From: Nitrosopumilus sp.
GTDB lineage: Archaea; Thermoproteota; Nitrososphaeria; Nitrososphaerales; Nitrosopumilaceae
Assembly: GCA_965219345.1 (NCBI GenBank)
Contig: OZ244732.1
Span: forward strand, 1,760,001 to 1,824,000
Direction: 5' to 3'
Length of the DNA stretch: 64,000 nucleotides
The notes below the pieces were generated by a model. The model was not told the DNA's origin. It did no database searches and worked only from the letters and a program-made list of their open reading frames with translations. The position numbers and the translations under genes were made by a program. How positions within the stretch are numbered: position 1 is the stretch's first letter; the number at the start of each line of letters is the position of its first letter. This document shows, piece after piece, positions 28,172-37,600 of this stretch.

Positions 28172-28177
28172 TTACAA

Positions 28178-28260
28178 TCAGTATGCTAATTCAGACATGT
28201 GTTTTGCTTCTTTGAGTGTGTTATCAAATTCTTCTTCGGTCATAACATTTTGTGTAGAAT
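28178..28260 (-). pseudogene. Orphaned 3' end of the cysteine synthase gene
   Basis: (Y)STQNVMTEEEFDNTLKEAKHMSELAY* continues RSVYS in frame once the IS and one TSD copy are removed. Confidence 0.85.
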
Positions 28261-29560
28261 CAGTAGTCGGAAATGTCCCCATAAAACCAGCCAACAGATG
28301 CTCTCTGATGCGTTAACATTTTTCGATCATACAGATCTATTATCTACAGTGCCCTTACCCACCTTAGTGTTAGTGCAAAAAGGTGGGCAGGTACACCGTA
28401 ACAAGATTGGAGAAAGGATACTTAATACCTTGTCAGCAATACTAGAGTCTTCATCCATAGGATTCTCTACTAGGAAGAATGCTCAATATGGGGTAAGCGA
28501 GTTTGTAGCCATACTGATGAAGATGTCTGAATCCAACATAGCTTCCGAGGAAGCAATCAGGCTTCTCAAGCACGCAGAAAAGAAGATGCCATCACCCAAG
28601 TGGTTTCGCAACAGGATAAACTCGTTGGGATCAGGCAGTGCAGACAAACTCTGCAGGGACATGCTCACACGCACCGCAAGACTTGCCAAGAATACATGCC
28701 GATACAAGGGAGGCGTACTAGTAGCAATAGACAAGCACCTGATACCAAGGCATGACAAGGACAACATGTCACATTTGACAAGATCCAAACCAAAGGGCGG
28801 TACAAGCAAGTTCGAGTGTTACGCAACAATGCATGTGGTAGCAGAACGGGTTCCTGCCATTTTGGAGTGCATGCAGGTAACGCGCAGCGTGGATGATGCC
28901 GATTTTGTGCGTAAATTCGTACAAAAACTCAAGGGTTACAGGATACGGGCCCGGCTGCTGCTGATGGACCGCGAGTTCTACTCTACTGAAATAATCAATC
29001 TTGTATCAGAACATAGATGCAAGTTCCTGATGCCTGCAGTCAAGAACGCGGGGATAAAGAGGATGATACGGGAGCACCACGATAAATCACGCAAGGCAGT
29101 CTCACAGTACGCCATCAGAAACGCAGCAGGTCAGTCTGCCACATTCACATTGATAATCACGCCATCAAAAAAGATAGACGATCCTGATGCTGACATCACG
29201 GAAAGATACAATGTCTTTGCCACCAACCTTTCCCCAGCCAAGGCATTAGAAGAGATTGAGACGCTTCCAGATGAGTACAAGAGTAGGTGGGGAATAGAGA
29301 CAGGATACAAGCAGGTCGAGCAGGTGCGTCCGAGGACAACAAGCCGCAATGCGTCATTTAGGGGAATCATGTTTCACGTCTCGATGTTCATGTACAATGC
29401 ATGGGCAGTGGAGCAGTACCGAACAGATTCAAATTATGATCGGGTAACCCTGGCACTTGTCGCATATGCTACGGCAATGGCTGCGTTGGAATTATGCAGG
29501 ATGGCGGGTCAACCGTATGATGTCGGAGGATCTGCCTAAGAGGCATATTTCCGACTACTG
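28261..29560 (+). mobile_element. Complete 1300-bp ISH3-type insertion sequence
   Basis: Perfect 14-bp TIRs CAGTAGTCGGAAAT / ATTTCCGACTACTG; 5-bp TSD AGAAT (28256-28260, 29561-29565); visibly higher GC than flanks. Confidence 0.93.
28298..29539 (+). CDS. ISH3-type DDE transposase (start must lie inside the IS; exact start uncertain)
   Basis: VAIDKH, LLMDREFYS, YKSRWGIETGYK...RTTS. Confidence 0.9.
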   Translation: MLSDALTFFDHTDLLSTVPLPTLVLVQKGGQVHRNKIGERILNTLSAILESSSIGFSTRKNAQYGVSEFVAILMKMSESNIASEEAIRLLKHAEKKMPSPKWFRNRINSLGSGSADKLCRDMLTRTARLAKNTCRYKGGVLVAIDKHLIPRHDKDNMSHLTRSKPKGGTSKFECYATMHVVAERVPAILECMQVTRSVDDADFVRKFVQKLKGYRIRARLLLMDREFYSTEIINLVSEHRCKFLMPAVKNAGIKRMIREHHDKSRKAVSQYAIRNAAGQSATFTLIITPSKKIDDPDADITERYNVFATNLSPAKALEEIETLPDEYKSRWGIETGYKQVEQVRPRTTSRNASFRGIMFHVSMFMYNAWAVEQYRTDSNYDRVTLALVAYATAMAALELCRMAGQPYDVGGSA

Positions 29561-30475
29561 AGAATAAACACTTCTGAATTTTCTTCCATCATCAGCAAAA
29601 ATTCCTACTACACACGCGCCATCTTCAACAGAATATTTCTTCATACATGCATAAACAGCAGCAGATGAAGGACTGATGAGAAGCTTATCTTTTTCAAATA
29701 CTTCTTTTATCACAGAAAATGCTTCATCATTATCTACAGAAATCCAATCATCCACAATATTTTCTCTTTTCAAAAACAAGTCTGGTTTTGCAGATTCTTC
29801 AAAATTCCTCCATCCTTGAATCAGGTGATTTTGTTGTGGCTGACATCCAATGATCTTGACATTAGGATTTTTTTCTTTAAGAAAAGTGCCAATTCCAGTA
29901 ATTGTGCCTCCGGTACCCACACCTGTAAAGAAATGAGTTACTTTTCCTTCAGTTTGTTTCCAAATCTCAGGACCCGTTCCAACATAATGTCCCTTGAAAT
30001 TTGCTTCATTGGCATATTGATTTGGAGAATAATAGGTATCAGGTCTTGATGATGCAATAGATGTTGCAAGCGCAATACTTTGGTCAGTTCCTGCACCAAC
30101 CTTTGGACATAAATCATCACTTGTCTCAAATACTTTGGCACCGAGATTTCTAATGATTTCTTTGGTTTCGTTACTAGCTTTTTCTGGAATAACTATCTCA
30201 GCTTTGTAACCTAACACATTAGCAATTCCTGTTAATGCGATTCCGGTATTTCCAGAAGTGGGTTCAATGATAATGCTCTTTCCTTTTGTTAAAATTCCTC
30301 GTTCTTCGCCATCTTTAATCATCCAATATGCAGCTCTATCTTTAACAGAACCAAACGGGTTATGACCTTCTAATTTTGCAAAGTACTCCGTATTATTTTG
30401 AGAAAGAGAATCTAATTTTACAAGAGGGGTATTGCCCACTCGACTTAACACATCAATATCAGTAACAGTAGTCAT
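29555..30475 (-). CDS. cysK: Cysteine synthase (PLP-dependent), C-terminally truncated by the IS
   Basis: GNTPLV, NPFGSVKDR, EPTSGNTG, NQY.N, GVGTGGT; stop codon supplied by the IS end. Confidence 0.92.
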   Translation of the reverse strand: MTTVTDIDVLSRVGNTPLVKLDSLSQNNTEYFAKLEGHNPFGSVKDRAAYWMIKDGEERGILTKGKSIIIEPTSGNTGIALTGIANVLGYKAEIVIPEKASNETKEIIRNLGAKVFETSDDLCPKVGAGTDQSIALATSIASSRPDTYYSPNQYANEANFKGHYVGTGPEIWKQTEGKVTHFFTGVGTGGTITGIGTFLKEKNPNVKIIGCQPQQNHLIQGWRNFEESAKPDLFLKRENIVDDWISVDNDEAFSVIKEVFEKDKLLISPSSAAVYACMKKYSVEDGACVVGIFADDGRKFRSVYSQ

Positions 30476-30482
30476 GAGTTAA

Positions 30483-30719
30483 TTATTTCACCTTTTTAAT
30501 TTTGAATGTAATTACATCTCCATCTTTAGACATGTCTAATAATTCATGTCCTGTTCTCGTAACCCATCTTGAAATATCATCTTCAGCAGCAGGATCATCT
30601 GCAGAAACAGTTAGAGTTTCACCAACTTGCATTCTTTCGATTTCAATTTTTGTTCTAAACACAGGTTCAGGACAATACAAGCCAGTTGCATCTAATTTTT
30701 TTTCAGTTGATTCAGACAT
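30483..30719 (-). CDS. tusA: TusA/SirA-family sulfur carrier
   Basis: LDATGLYCPEP, DDP.A..DI..W. Confidence 0.92.
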   Translation of the reverse strand: MSESTEKKLDATGLYCPEPVFRTKIEIERMQVGETLTVSADDPAAEDDISRWVTRTGHELLDMSKDGDVITFKIKKVK

Positions 30720-30804
30720 ATGGAACCATTTCATCAAGAGCGTTTTGTCATATTAAAATCTATTTCAATGTAACAAAAGAACAGCTAAAGCTAACAGGCT
30801 TATA

Positions 30805-31530
30805 TTATTTGAAAAGATCTTCATTTTCTGGACGAATTAATTCATCAATCACATGGTCTTCAATCTTAAATGAATAATCGCGAATAATTGCCACAGGGCA
30901 GTTCAAGGCTTTTTTCATAACCAGTTCTGCAGCAGAAGAGAGTTCATCGGCAACAGCAATTTCAGTTATGCGTAAAATTCTTTTAAAAGAGTCTAATGTT
31001 CCAGCATAGTTTAGAATAGGATTCAGTCCTGAAATTCCAATTGCACAGTTAGTTTGACCCATTCTAAAAGGACGACCAAATGTGTCTGAAATTATTATTG
31101 CTACATTTTTGTTTGTTTGTTCTCTAATTTTTTTGCGGATCGTTTGTGCAGAGATATCAGAATTAACTGGAAGTAAAGTCGCATATCCTTCTTGTACATT
31201 GCTTTCATCAACACCAGCATTTGCACAGATAGTTCCATTATTGGTCTCAACAATGATGATTCCATTCTTCATTCTAACGATTCTTTTTGTTTCGGATAAA
31301 ATTAATTCAATTATTCTAGAATCTTTTTGATACTGAGAACCGATACCTTCTGACAGCAATGAAGGCTTTACAGCTGATAAATCAACAATCCTTCCTTCTT
31401 GCTTTGAGACAATTTTTTGTGCAACAACAAGAATATCCCCATCACGTAGATCAGAAGACATTAAAATTAATTCAGAAATGTCATCTGAGGGTTCAATCTC
31501 TTTTTCAATGTGAAGTGGAATGATTTCCAA
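30805..31530 (-). CDS. cofE: Coenzyme F420-0:L-glutamate ligase
   Basis: QKIVSKQEG, ANAGVDESN, SDTFGRPFRMG. Confidence 0.95.
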   Translation of the reverse strand: MEIIPLHIEKEIEPSDDISELILMSSDLRDGDILVVAQKIVSKQEGRIVDLSAVKPSLLSEGIGSQYQKDSRIIELILSETKRIVRMKNGIIIVETNNGTICANAGVDESNVQEGYATLLPVNSDISAQTIRKKIREQTNKNVAIIISDTFGRPFRMGQTNCAIGISGLNPILNYAGTLDSFKRILRITEIAVADELSSAAELVMKKALNCPVAIIRDYSFKIEDHVIDELIRPENEDLFK

Positions 31531-31564
31531 TTATGGTATCTGAGATAAGGGACTAAAAAATTGT

Positions 31565-32233
31565 TTATGCGGTAGGTGTAGTTTCTAATTCTAACTTGAA
31601 GTGCTGGTTGATGATATCTAAAATTTTTGATAGATCTTTTTCTTCCAAAATAGTTGTAGCTAAATCCTTGACTATATCTTGAGCCCTATAAGCAATGTTT
31701 AATCCACAGATATCAAACAATTTCACATCATTTGCACCATCCACAACACAAACAATGTCTTCTTTCTTCTCACCCCATTCTGCGATTTTTATTTTTGCGG
31801 ATTTTGATTTATCAGAATCAACATTAATTTTTACACCATCAAGCTTTCCGTCTTTGAATACTAATTCATTAGAATAGACATAATCTAGTTGCAATTCTTT
31901 TTGTAATCTTTCCATCATCAATGTAAAACCTCCAGATACTGCCACGAGTTTCCATCCAGCAGCCTTTAGCACCCTACAAGCCTCCTTTGCACCAGTCATA
32001 ATAGGCAATGAATCAGCTACTTCTTGACAGGTTTTTTCATCAAGTCCTTTCAGAGCAGCAACACGAGTTCTAAGTCCTTCTTCCCAGTTAATTTTTCCTT
32101 GAATTCCTTGTTTAGTGATTGCCCAAATCTCATCTTCTTTGTTGAGTTTTTCTGAAAGAAGTGGAAGATATTCTTCATCATACAAAACACCTTCAACATC
32201 AAAAATCACTAGCAATTGGTTTCTAATTTGCAA
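31565..32233 (-). CDS. serB: Phosphoserine phosphatase (HAD)
   Basis: FDVEG, RVAALKG, VSGGF, DGAND. Confidence 0.88.
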   Translation of the reverse strand: MQIRNQLLVIFDVEGVLYDEEYLPLLSEKLNKEDEIWAITKQGIQGKINWEEGLRTRVAALKGLDEKTCQEVADSLPIMTGAKEACRVLKAAGWKLVAVSGGFTLMMERLQKELQLDYVYSNELVFKDGKLDGVKINVDSDKSKSAKIKIAEWGEKKEDIVCVVDGANDVKLFDICGLNIAYRAQDIVKDLATTILEEKDLSKILDIINQHFKLELETTPTA

Positions 32234-32318
32234 AAAAATTTCTAATTATATTAAAGTTTGAACTTTTTTAATATATAAAAAACGCTAGTAATAAATCCCC
32301 CAAAGTTAGGAATTTAGT

Positions 32319-32603
32319 ATGGCTGAACTAGAACACAAATACGAAGTAGATATCAAATCAACAGAAAAAAGACAAAAACTTCCAGATAATGTAAAAGAAG
32401 AACTAAAAGCATCAGGAATGATGGATGAGAAAGGGAAATTAAAGCTTAAAGGAGTTAGCCCAAAAATGCTTAAAAGAATGAAACTAGAATTTGTGGATTG
32501 TCCAGTTTTAAAAGAAGATATTCAATTCATCCAATGTTTTGTGTGTCCAAACTTCCAAAGCAGAGTTATGGGTAAAGTGCTTTGCAAGGGCGACCCTCTA
32601 TAA
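32319..32603 (+). CDS. Hypothetical Cys-containing protein
   Basis: VDCP...CFVC...LC, possible metal site. Confidence 0.75.
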   Translation: MAELEHKYEVDIKSTEKRQKLPDNVKEELKASGMMDEKGKLKLKGVSPKMLKRMKLEFVDCPVLKEDIQFIQCFVCPNFQSRVMGKVLCKGDPL

Positions 32604-32662
32604 CGCAAACAGAACTAAAATATCAAAATTCTCACGAAAAGCTCATTAGTTAAATTAATTCT

Positions 32663-34120
32663 TTGAATTCTAGTTTGAGTAAAGAAGACATAGGAATTAC
32701 AGTTTCAAAAAAAGATGATTTCAGTGAATGGTACACACAGATAGTCCTAAAAGCTAAACTTGCCGATTATGCCCCAGTTAAGGGACTTATTGTCCTTAGA
32801 CCAGATGGATATTCTATTTGGGAATCATTACAAAATACATTTGACAAAAAATTTGCAAATAATGGAATCAGAAATGGATTTTTACCCATACTAATTCCAG
32901 AATCACTATTAGGAAAAGAGCAAAAACATTTTGCAGGATTCAATCCAGAAGTATTTTGGGTAACTCATTCAGGGGATAGTGAAGTTGGGGATAGGCTCGC
33001 ATTGAGACCAACATCTGAAACATTAGCATACACAATGTATTCCAAATGGATTCAAAGTTGGAGAGATTTACCATTAAAGATGAATTTTTGGAATTCAGCA
33101 CTGAGAGCAGAGATTAAAGGAACAAAACCATTTCTCAGAACATCGGAATTTTTGTGGCAAGAAGGTCATACAGTCCATGCAACACAAGAAGAAGCAGAAG
33201 AAGAAGTGAAAAAAATTCTAGAGATTTATAAAAATACTGTTGAGGAAGAATTAGCAATTCCAGTAACAACAGGAATGAAAAGCGAGAAAGAAAAGTTTGT
33301 AGGTGCAGTATACACAACTACTATGGAATCCATAATGTCCGATGGAAAGGCACTACAAATGGGCACTTCACATTTTCTAGGACAGAATTTTTCAAAACCA
33401 TTTGAAGTTAAATTTGCAGACAAAGACAATGTTGAACATTTTGCATGGCAAACTTCGTGGGGGGTCTCTTGGAGGCTGATTGGAGCAATGATTATGACTC
33501 ATGGTGATGATCAAGGTCTAGTTTTACCACCAAAGATTGCACCGATTCAAGTAGTGATTGTTCCAATATACAAAAATGACGAAGGAAAAGATAAGGTATT
33601 ACCAAAAGTAGAAGAGATTAGAAAAAGTCTAGAGTCAAAAGAGATTAGAGTTCATGTTGATGACAGAAGTGAGCTAACTCCGGGATACAAATTCAATGAT
33701 TGGGAACTAAAAGGAGTTCCCATTCGAGTGGAGATAGGTCCTAAAGACATAGAGAACCAAAGTGTCGTAATAGCAAAAAGATACAATCGTGAAAAGTCAA
33801 GTTTAGGGTTTACTGAAATTGAAAAAATTCCTACAGTCTTAGATGAAATCCAAGATGAGATGCTAAAGACTGCCAGAGAACAAGCCAAAGAAAACACTAT
33901 AGACATTTCAGATTATACAGACTTTAAATCAAAGATTGAGAAGGGAGGTTTCTTTAGTGCTCCCTGGTGCGGAAAAGTAGAATGTGAAGAGAAGATCAAA
34001 GAAGAAACAGGAGCAGACATTCGAGTTATTCCATTTGATGGTGCAGATGCTTCTTCAGGAAAATGTATCTATTGTTCTAATCAGAGCGAGTCTAGGGTAA
34101 TTTTTGCCCGAGGATATTGA
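32663..34120 (+). CDS. proS: Proline--tRNA ligase (archaeal/eukaryotic type)
   Basis: LRPTSET, FLRTSEFLWQEGH, QTSWGVS.R, C-terminal Zn site and FARGY. Confidence 0.97.
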   Translation: MNSSLSKEDIGITVSKKDDFSEWYTQIVLKAKLADYAPVKGLIVLRPDGYSIWESLQNTFDKKFANNGIRNGFLPILIPESLLGKEQKHFAGFNPEVFWVTHSGDSEVGDRLALRPTSETLAYTMYSKWIQSWRDLPLKMNFWNSALRAEIKGTKPFLRTSEFLWQEGHTVHATQEEAEEEVKKILEIYKNTVEEELAIPVTTGMKSEKEKFVGAVYTTTMESIMSDGKALQMGTSHFLGQNFSKPFEVKFADKDNVEHFAWQTSWGVSWRLIGAMIMTHGDDQGLVLPPKIAPIQVVIVPIYKNDEGKDKVLPKVEEIRKSLESKEIRVHVDDRSELTPGYKFNDWELKGVPIRVEIGPKDIENQSVVIAKRYNREKSSLGFTEIEKIPTVLDEIQDEMLKTAREQAKENTIDISDYTDFKSKIEKGGFFSAPWCGKVECEEKIKEETGADIRVIPFDGADASSGKCIYCSNQSESRVIFARGY

Positions 34121-34137
34121 AATAATTTCAGAAAAAA

Positions 34138-34191
34138 TGATACCTTAATGATACTTTAATTGAGGTATCACTTTTGGAATAAAGTATAAAG
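34138..34191 (+). promoter_or_regulatory. Three abutting 11-bp boxes followed by a BRE/TATA-like element upstream of egtB
   Basis: TGATACCTTAA-TGATACTTTAA-TTGAGGTATCA (third box inverted), then GAATAAAGTATAAAG about 25-35 bp before ATG 34215. Confidence 0.6.
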
Positions 34192-34208
34192 TAGAATCAT
34201 TCTTTGGA

Positions 34209-35519
34209 TTGCTAATGGCAACCGTTTCAGCTCAAAAATCATCAAAATCTCTCCTAGAAATATTTAACATAGTCAGAGAACAGACACTAGAACTAGTCCA
34301 AACATTAGAAAAAGATGATTTTGTGATCCAAACCGCATTCTACACGAGCCCACCAAAGTGGCACATTGGCCATGTAAGCTGGCTCTACGAAGTTGTGATG
34401 AGCAAAACTAATCCAAATTACCAATTTTACTCCAAGGAATTTTCTGAATATCTAAACTCTTACTATCAACAATTTGGTACACCACATGACAAAGGAGAAC
34501 GCGGAATAGCCTCACGGCCAACAGTTGATCAAATTTTTGAATATTTTGAAACAATAAACACTAGAGTTAGGGATTTTATCAATTCTGGAATAGATGAAGA
34601 AGCCAAGTACCTCTTAACAATGGCATTTCATCACGAATGTCAACATCAAGAGCTCTTGACATGTGATCTACAACATCTTTTAACTGATGTGTATAAACCT
34701 GTTAAGAAGATTGCAAGACCTCAAGCTTCTCAAGTTGAACAAAAATCAGTTTCAATCAAAGGTGGATTATATCCCATGGGATATAATGGAACAGACTACT
34801 CTTATGATATAGAACTACCAGAACACAAAGTATTTCTGAATGATTACAAGATTGATGCTTATCCAATTACAAATGGACAGTATCTAAAATTCATTGAAGA
34901 TGGCGGTTATGAAAATTTCAAGTTCTGGTTGTCAGACGGATGGGAAAAAGTCAAACAAAATAATTGGAAGGCACCAATGTATTGGACTAAAGAAGATCAA
35001 TGGTATGTTCAAGATTTTATGGGAAAACGAGAGATAAATCCAAATGAACCAGTTTGTCACGTTAGCTTTTACGAAGCAGCAGCATACTCCAAATGGGCAG
35101 ATAAGAGACTCCCAACAGAAGCTGAATGGGAGAAAGCTTGTTGTTGGAATGAGCAAAAACAAACAAAGACAATATTCCCATGGGGAGATGATGAACCAAA
35201 GGAAGATCAAGCTAATCTGCTAGAATCCCATCTATGGGCACAAACAGAAATTGGTTCATATCCAGATGGAATGAGTTCTGCAGGATGTCAACAGATGATT
35301 GGGGATGTGTGGGAATGGACATCATCAGAATTTACTGGATATCCCGGATTCAAGACAGGATTTGATGAATATAATGACAAATGGTTTACAAACCAAAAAG
35401 TCTTGAGAGGAGGCTCGTTTGGAACTCCAAAGATGTCAATCAGAGGAAGTTACAGAAATTTCTTCAGACTAGATGAGAGATGGTTATTCTCAGGCTTTAG
35501 ATGTGCAGAAGATATCTAA
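34209..35519 (+). CDS. egtB: Ergothioneine biosynthesis sulfoxide synthase EgtB
   Basis: SPPKWHIGH, NSYY, HHECQHQE iron motif, FGE-sulfatase domain (RLPTEAEWE, GDVWEWT, SGFRCA). Confidence 0.92.
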   Translation: MLMATVSAQKSSKSLLEIFNIVREQTLELVQTLEKDDFVIQTAFYTSPPKWHIGHVSWLYEVVMSKTNPNYQFYSKEFSEYLNSYYQQFGTPHDKGERGIASRPTVDQIFEYFETINTRVRDFINSGIDEEAKYLLTMAFHHECQHQELLTCDLQHLLTDVYKPVKKIARPQASQVEQKSVSIKGGLYPMGYNGTDYSYDIELPEHKVFLNDYKIDAYPITNGQYLKFIEDGGYENFKFWLSDGWEKVKQNNWKAPMYWTKEDQWYVQDFMGKREINPNEPVCHVSFYEAAAYSKWADKRLPTEAEWEKACCWNEQKQTKTIFPWGDDEPKEDQANLLESHLWAQTEIGSYPDGMSSAGCQQMIGDVWEWTSSEFTGYPGFKTGFDEYNDKWFTNQKVLRGGSFGTPKMSIRGSYRNFFRLDERWLFSGFRCAEDI

Positions 35520-36538
35520 TTTTTTGACGCCAAAGTTAGTGAAAAGTGCTTGTTATCATCTAACCATGTTTGTTTAATTTGAAATCCCGTACTATCAAGC
35601 AGTTCACTAATTTGAGATAATTTGAATTTGTGTGAATGCTCGGTATGGATTAACTCATCTTTTTCTAAATTCAGTAAAAGATTAGATTTTGATACTATTA
35701 CTGATTGATTTACAAGAGATTTTAGATACATCTCAATTCTTTGCTCCTCGTCATTGTAAATTGCATGATGTGAAAAGTTTTTCAAAGAAAAATCAGCATC
35801 AAGTTCGTCATTAATTCTGGAAATAACATTCAGATTAAATTCTGCGGTTACACCTTGTGAGTCATTATATGCAGATTCCAAAATCTGTTTGTCTTTTACT
35901 AAGTCCAATCCAATCAAAAAGAGATCACCAGACTTCATTGTAGAATTTATTTTCTGTAAAAATTTGTAACCATCACTTGGAGAAAAATTACCAAAACTAG
36001 AACCCAAAAAGATTATCAAATTTTTCTTACCATCAAAATTCTTAAGAAATTGTAAACCGCCTTCATAAGTATCAATTAATCCGGTGATACGCAATCCATC
36101 ATGGCCTTTTAGTAATTGTTCAGAGCTTTCTGTGAGAATCTCAGAGATATCTATTGGAAAATACTCTATAGTATCTTGTAATTTTGATAAAATATCAAGA
36201 ATCAGCCTAGTTTTTACAGATGTGCCACTTCCAAGTTCAACTAATCGAAAGCTTTCATCAAGGTAAGAAGGCAATTCATCTTGTAGTTTTTTTAGTATAG
36301 AAATCTCAGTCCTAGTGGGATAATATTCAGGTAAAGAGCAAATTTTTTCAAACAAATCTGAGCCTTTTTTATCATAGAAGAACTTTGGAGGGATAGATTT
36401 AGAATCCTTATTCAAGCTAGAAGATACTTCTTCGGCAAATGTTTTCTCAATTTTTGTAGCATGTGGTTTAAAGTATTGAAGTTTAGGCGATACTACGTAT
36501 TTTTTGTAATCAAGATTTTTTTGAATTGTGTTGCTCAA
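35516..36538 (-). CDS. egtD: L-histidine N-alpha-methyltransferase EgtD
   Basis: PPKFFYD..GS.LFE.IC.LPEYYPTRTE, ELGSG, AYNDSQGVTAEFN, IHTE.SHK. Confidence 0.95.
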   Translation of the reverse strand: MSNTIQKNLDYKKYVVSPKLQYFKPHATKIEKTFAEEVSSSLNKDSKSIPPKFFYDKKGSDLFEKICSLPEYYPTRTEISILKKLQDELPSYLDESFRLVELGSGTSVKTRLILDILSKLQDTIEYFPIDISEILTESSEQLLKGHDGLRITGLIDTYEGGLQFLKNFDGKKNLIIFLGSSFGNFSPSDGYKFLQKINSTMKSGDLFLIGLDLVKDKQILESAYNDSQGVTAEFNLNVISRINDELDADFSLKNFSHHAIYNDEEQRIEMYLKSLVNQSVIVSKSNLLLNLEKDELIHTEHSHKFKLSQISELLDSTGFQIKQTWLDDNKHFSLTLASKN

Positions 36539-36634
36539 GTCTTAAGATCGTTTATACTTGACATAAATGCGTTATCCCAAATTTTTACGCACAAATCATA
36601 TTTCTTGATATACTTCTTTGTTCAATAATATCTA

Positions 36635-37600
36635 GTGAATGAAATACTCAAAGTAGAACGTTTGAAAAAACACTTTTCAAAAAAAGGATTGTTTGGTTCA
36701 AAATCCACCACAGTCAGACCAGCAGATGATGTTTCATTTTCTCTTGAAAAAGGTGAAGTTTTTGTTTTAGCTGGAGAATCAGGTTCTGGAAAATCAACTA
36801 TTGCAAAACTGATTCTAAAATCAATTGATGCAGATTCTGGAAAAATTTTTTTTGAAGATCAAGAGATCAATAACGAACAAAAGAATTTAAAAAAAATCAG
36901 AATGAGCTGTCAAATGATTCACCAAGATCCCTATGACTCTATCAATCCAAGAATGAGGATTGAGAATATTGTTTCTGAACCTCTTGAAATACATAACATC
37001 GGAAATAAAGATGAAAGATTCAAAAGGGTGATTGAAGTTTTGCGCGAAGTAAAATTAGAACCTGCTGAGGAAATAGCGAAGAGGTATCCGCACATGTTAT
37101 CCGGAGGGCAAAGACAAAGAGCGGTATTGGCAAGAGCATTGTCACTAAAGCCTAAACTAATCATAGCAGATGAACCAGTTTCAATGTTAGATGTATCAAT
37201 TAGGGCAGAGATGCTTGAGTTAATGCAGGAATTGCAAAAAAAATACAGTATTTCTTTCATCTATATCACTCATGACTTGGCAACAGCGAGATATTTTGGC
37301 CAAAGAATAGGAATTTTGTATCTTGGTAAAATTGTAGAGATGGGACCAATTAACAAAGTTCTGGGTAATCCAAAACATCCATACACACAAGCACTAATTG
37401 ATGCAATTTCAGAGCCAGATCCTGAAAATCTTCACAGAGAAAAGAAAATTAGAATAAATGAACCATCTGATGTTGATGTTTACCAGGGATGCAGATTTAG
37501 AGCAAGATGTCCCTATGTGATTGAAAAATGTAAAGATGAACCTAATTTAGAAAGTGATGATGATGAGCATTATGCTGCATGTTTTGTAAAATTAGACTAG
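36635..37600 (+). CDS. Oligopeptide/dipeptide ABC transporter ATP-binding protein
   Basis: GESGSGKS, LSGGQRQR, ADEP, HPYT, C-terminal CRF..RCP. Confidence 0.93.
   Translation: MNEILKVERLKKHFSKKGLFGSKSTTVRPADDVSFSLEKGEVFVLAGESGSGKSTIAKLILKSIDADSGKIFFEDQEINNEQKNLKKIRMSCQMIHQDPYDSINPRMRIENIVSEPLEIHNIGNKDERFKRVIEVLREVKLEPAEEIAKRYPHMLSGGQRQRAVLARALSLKPKLIIADEPVSMLDVSIRAEMLELMQELQKKYSISFIYITHDLATARYFGQRIGILYLGKIVEMGPINKVLGNPKHPYTQALIDAISEPDPENLHREKKIRINEPSDVDVYQGCRFRARCPYVIEKCKDEPNLESDDDEHYAACFVKLD

Noticed and set aside
28199-28297. N-terminal 33 codons of the listed transposase ORF
   Set aside because: Starts outside the left TIR, in the antisense of the cysK tail.
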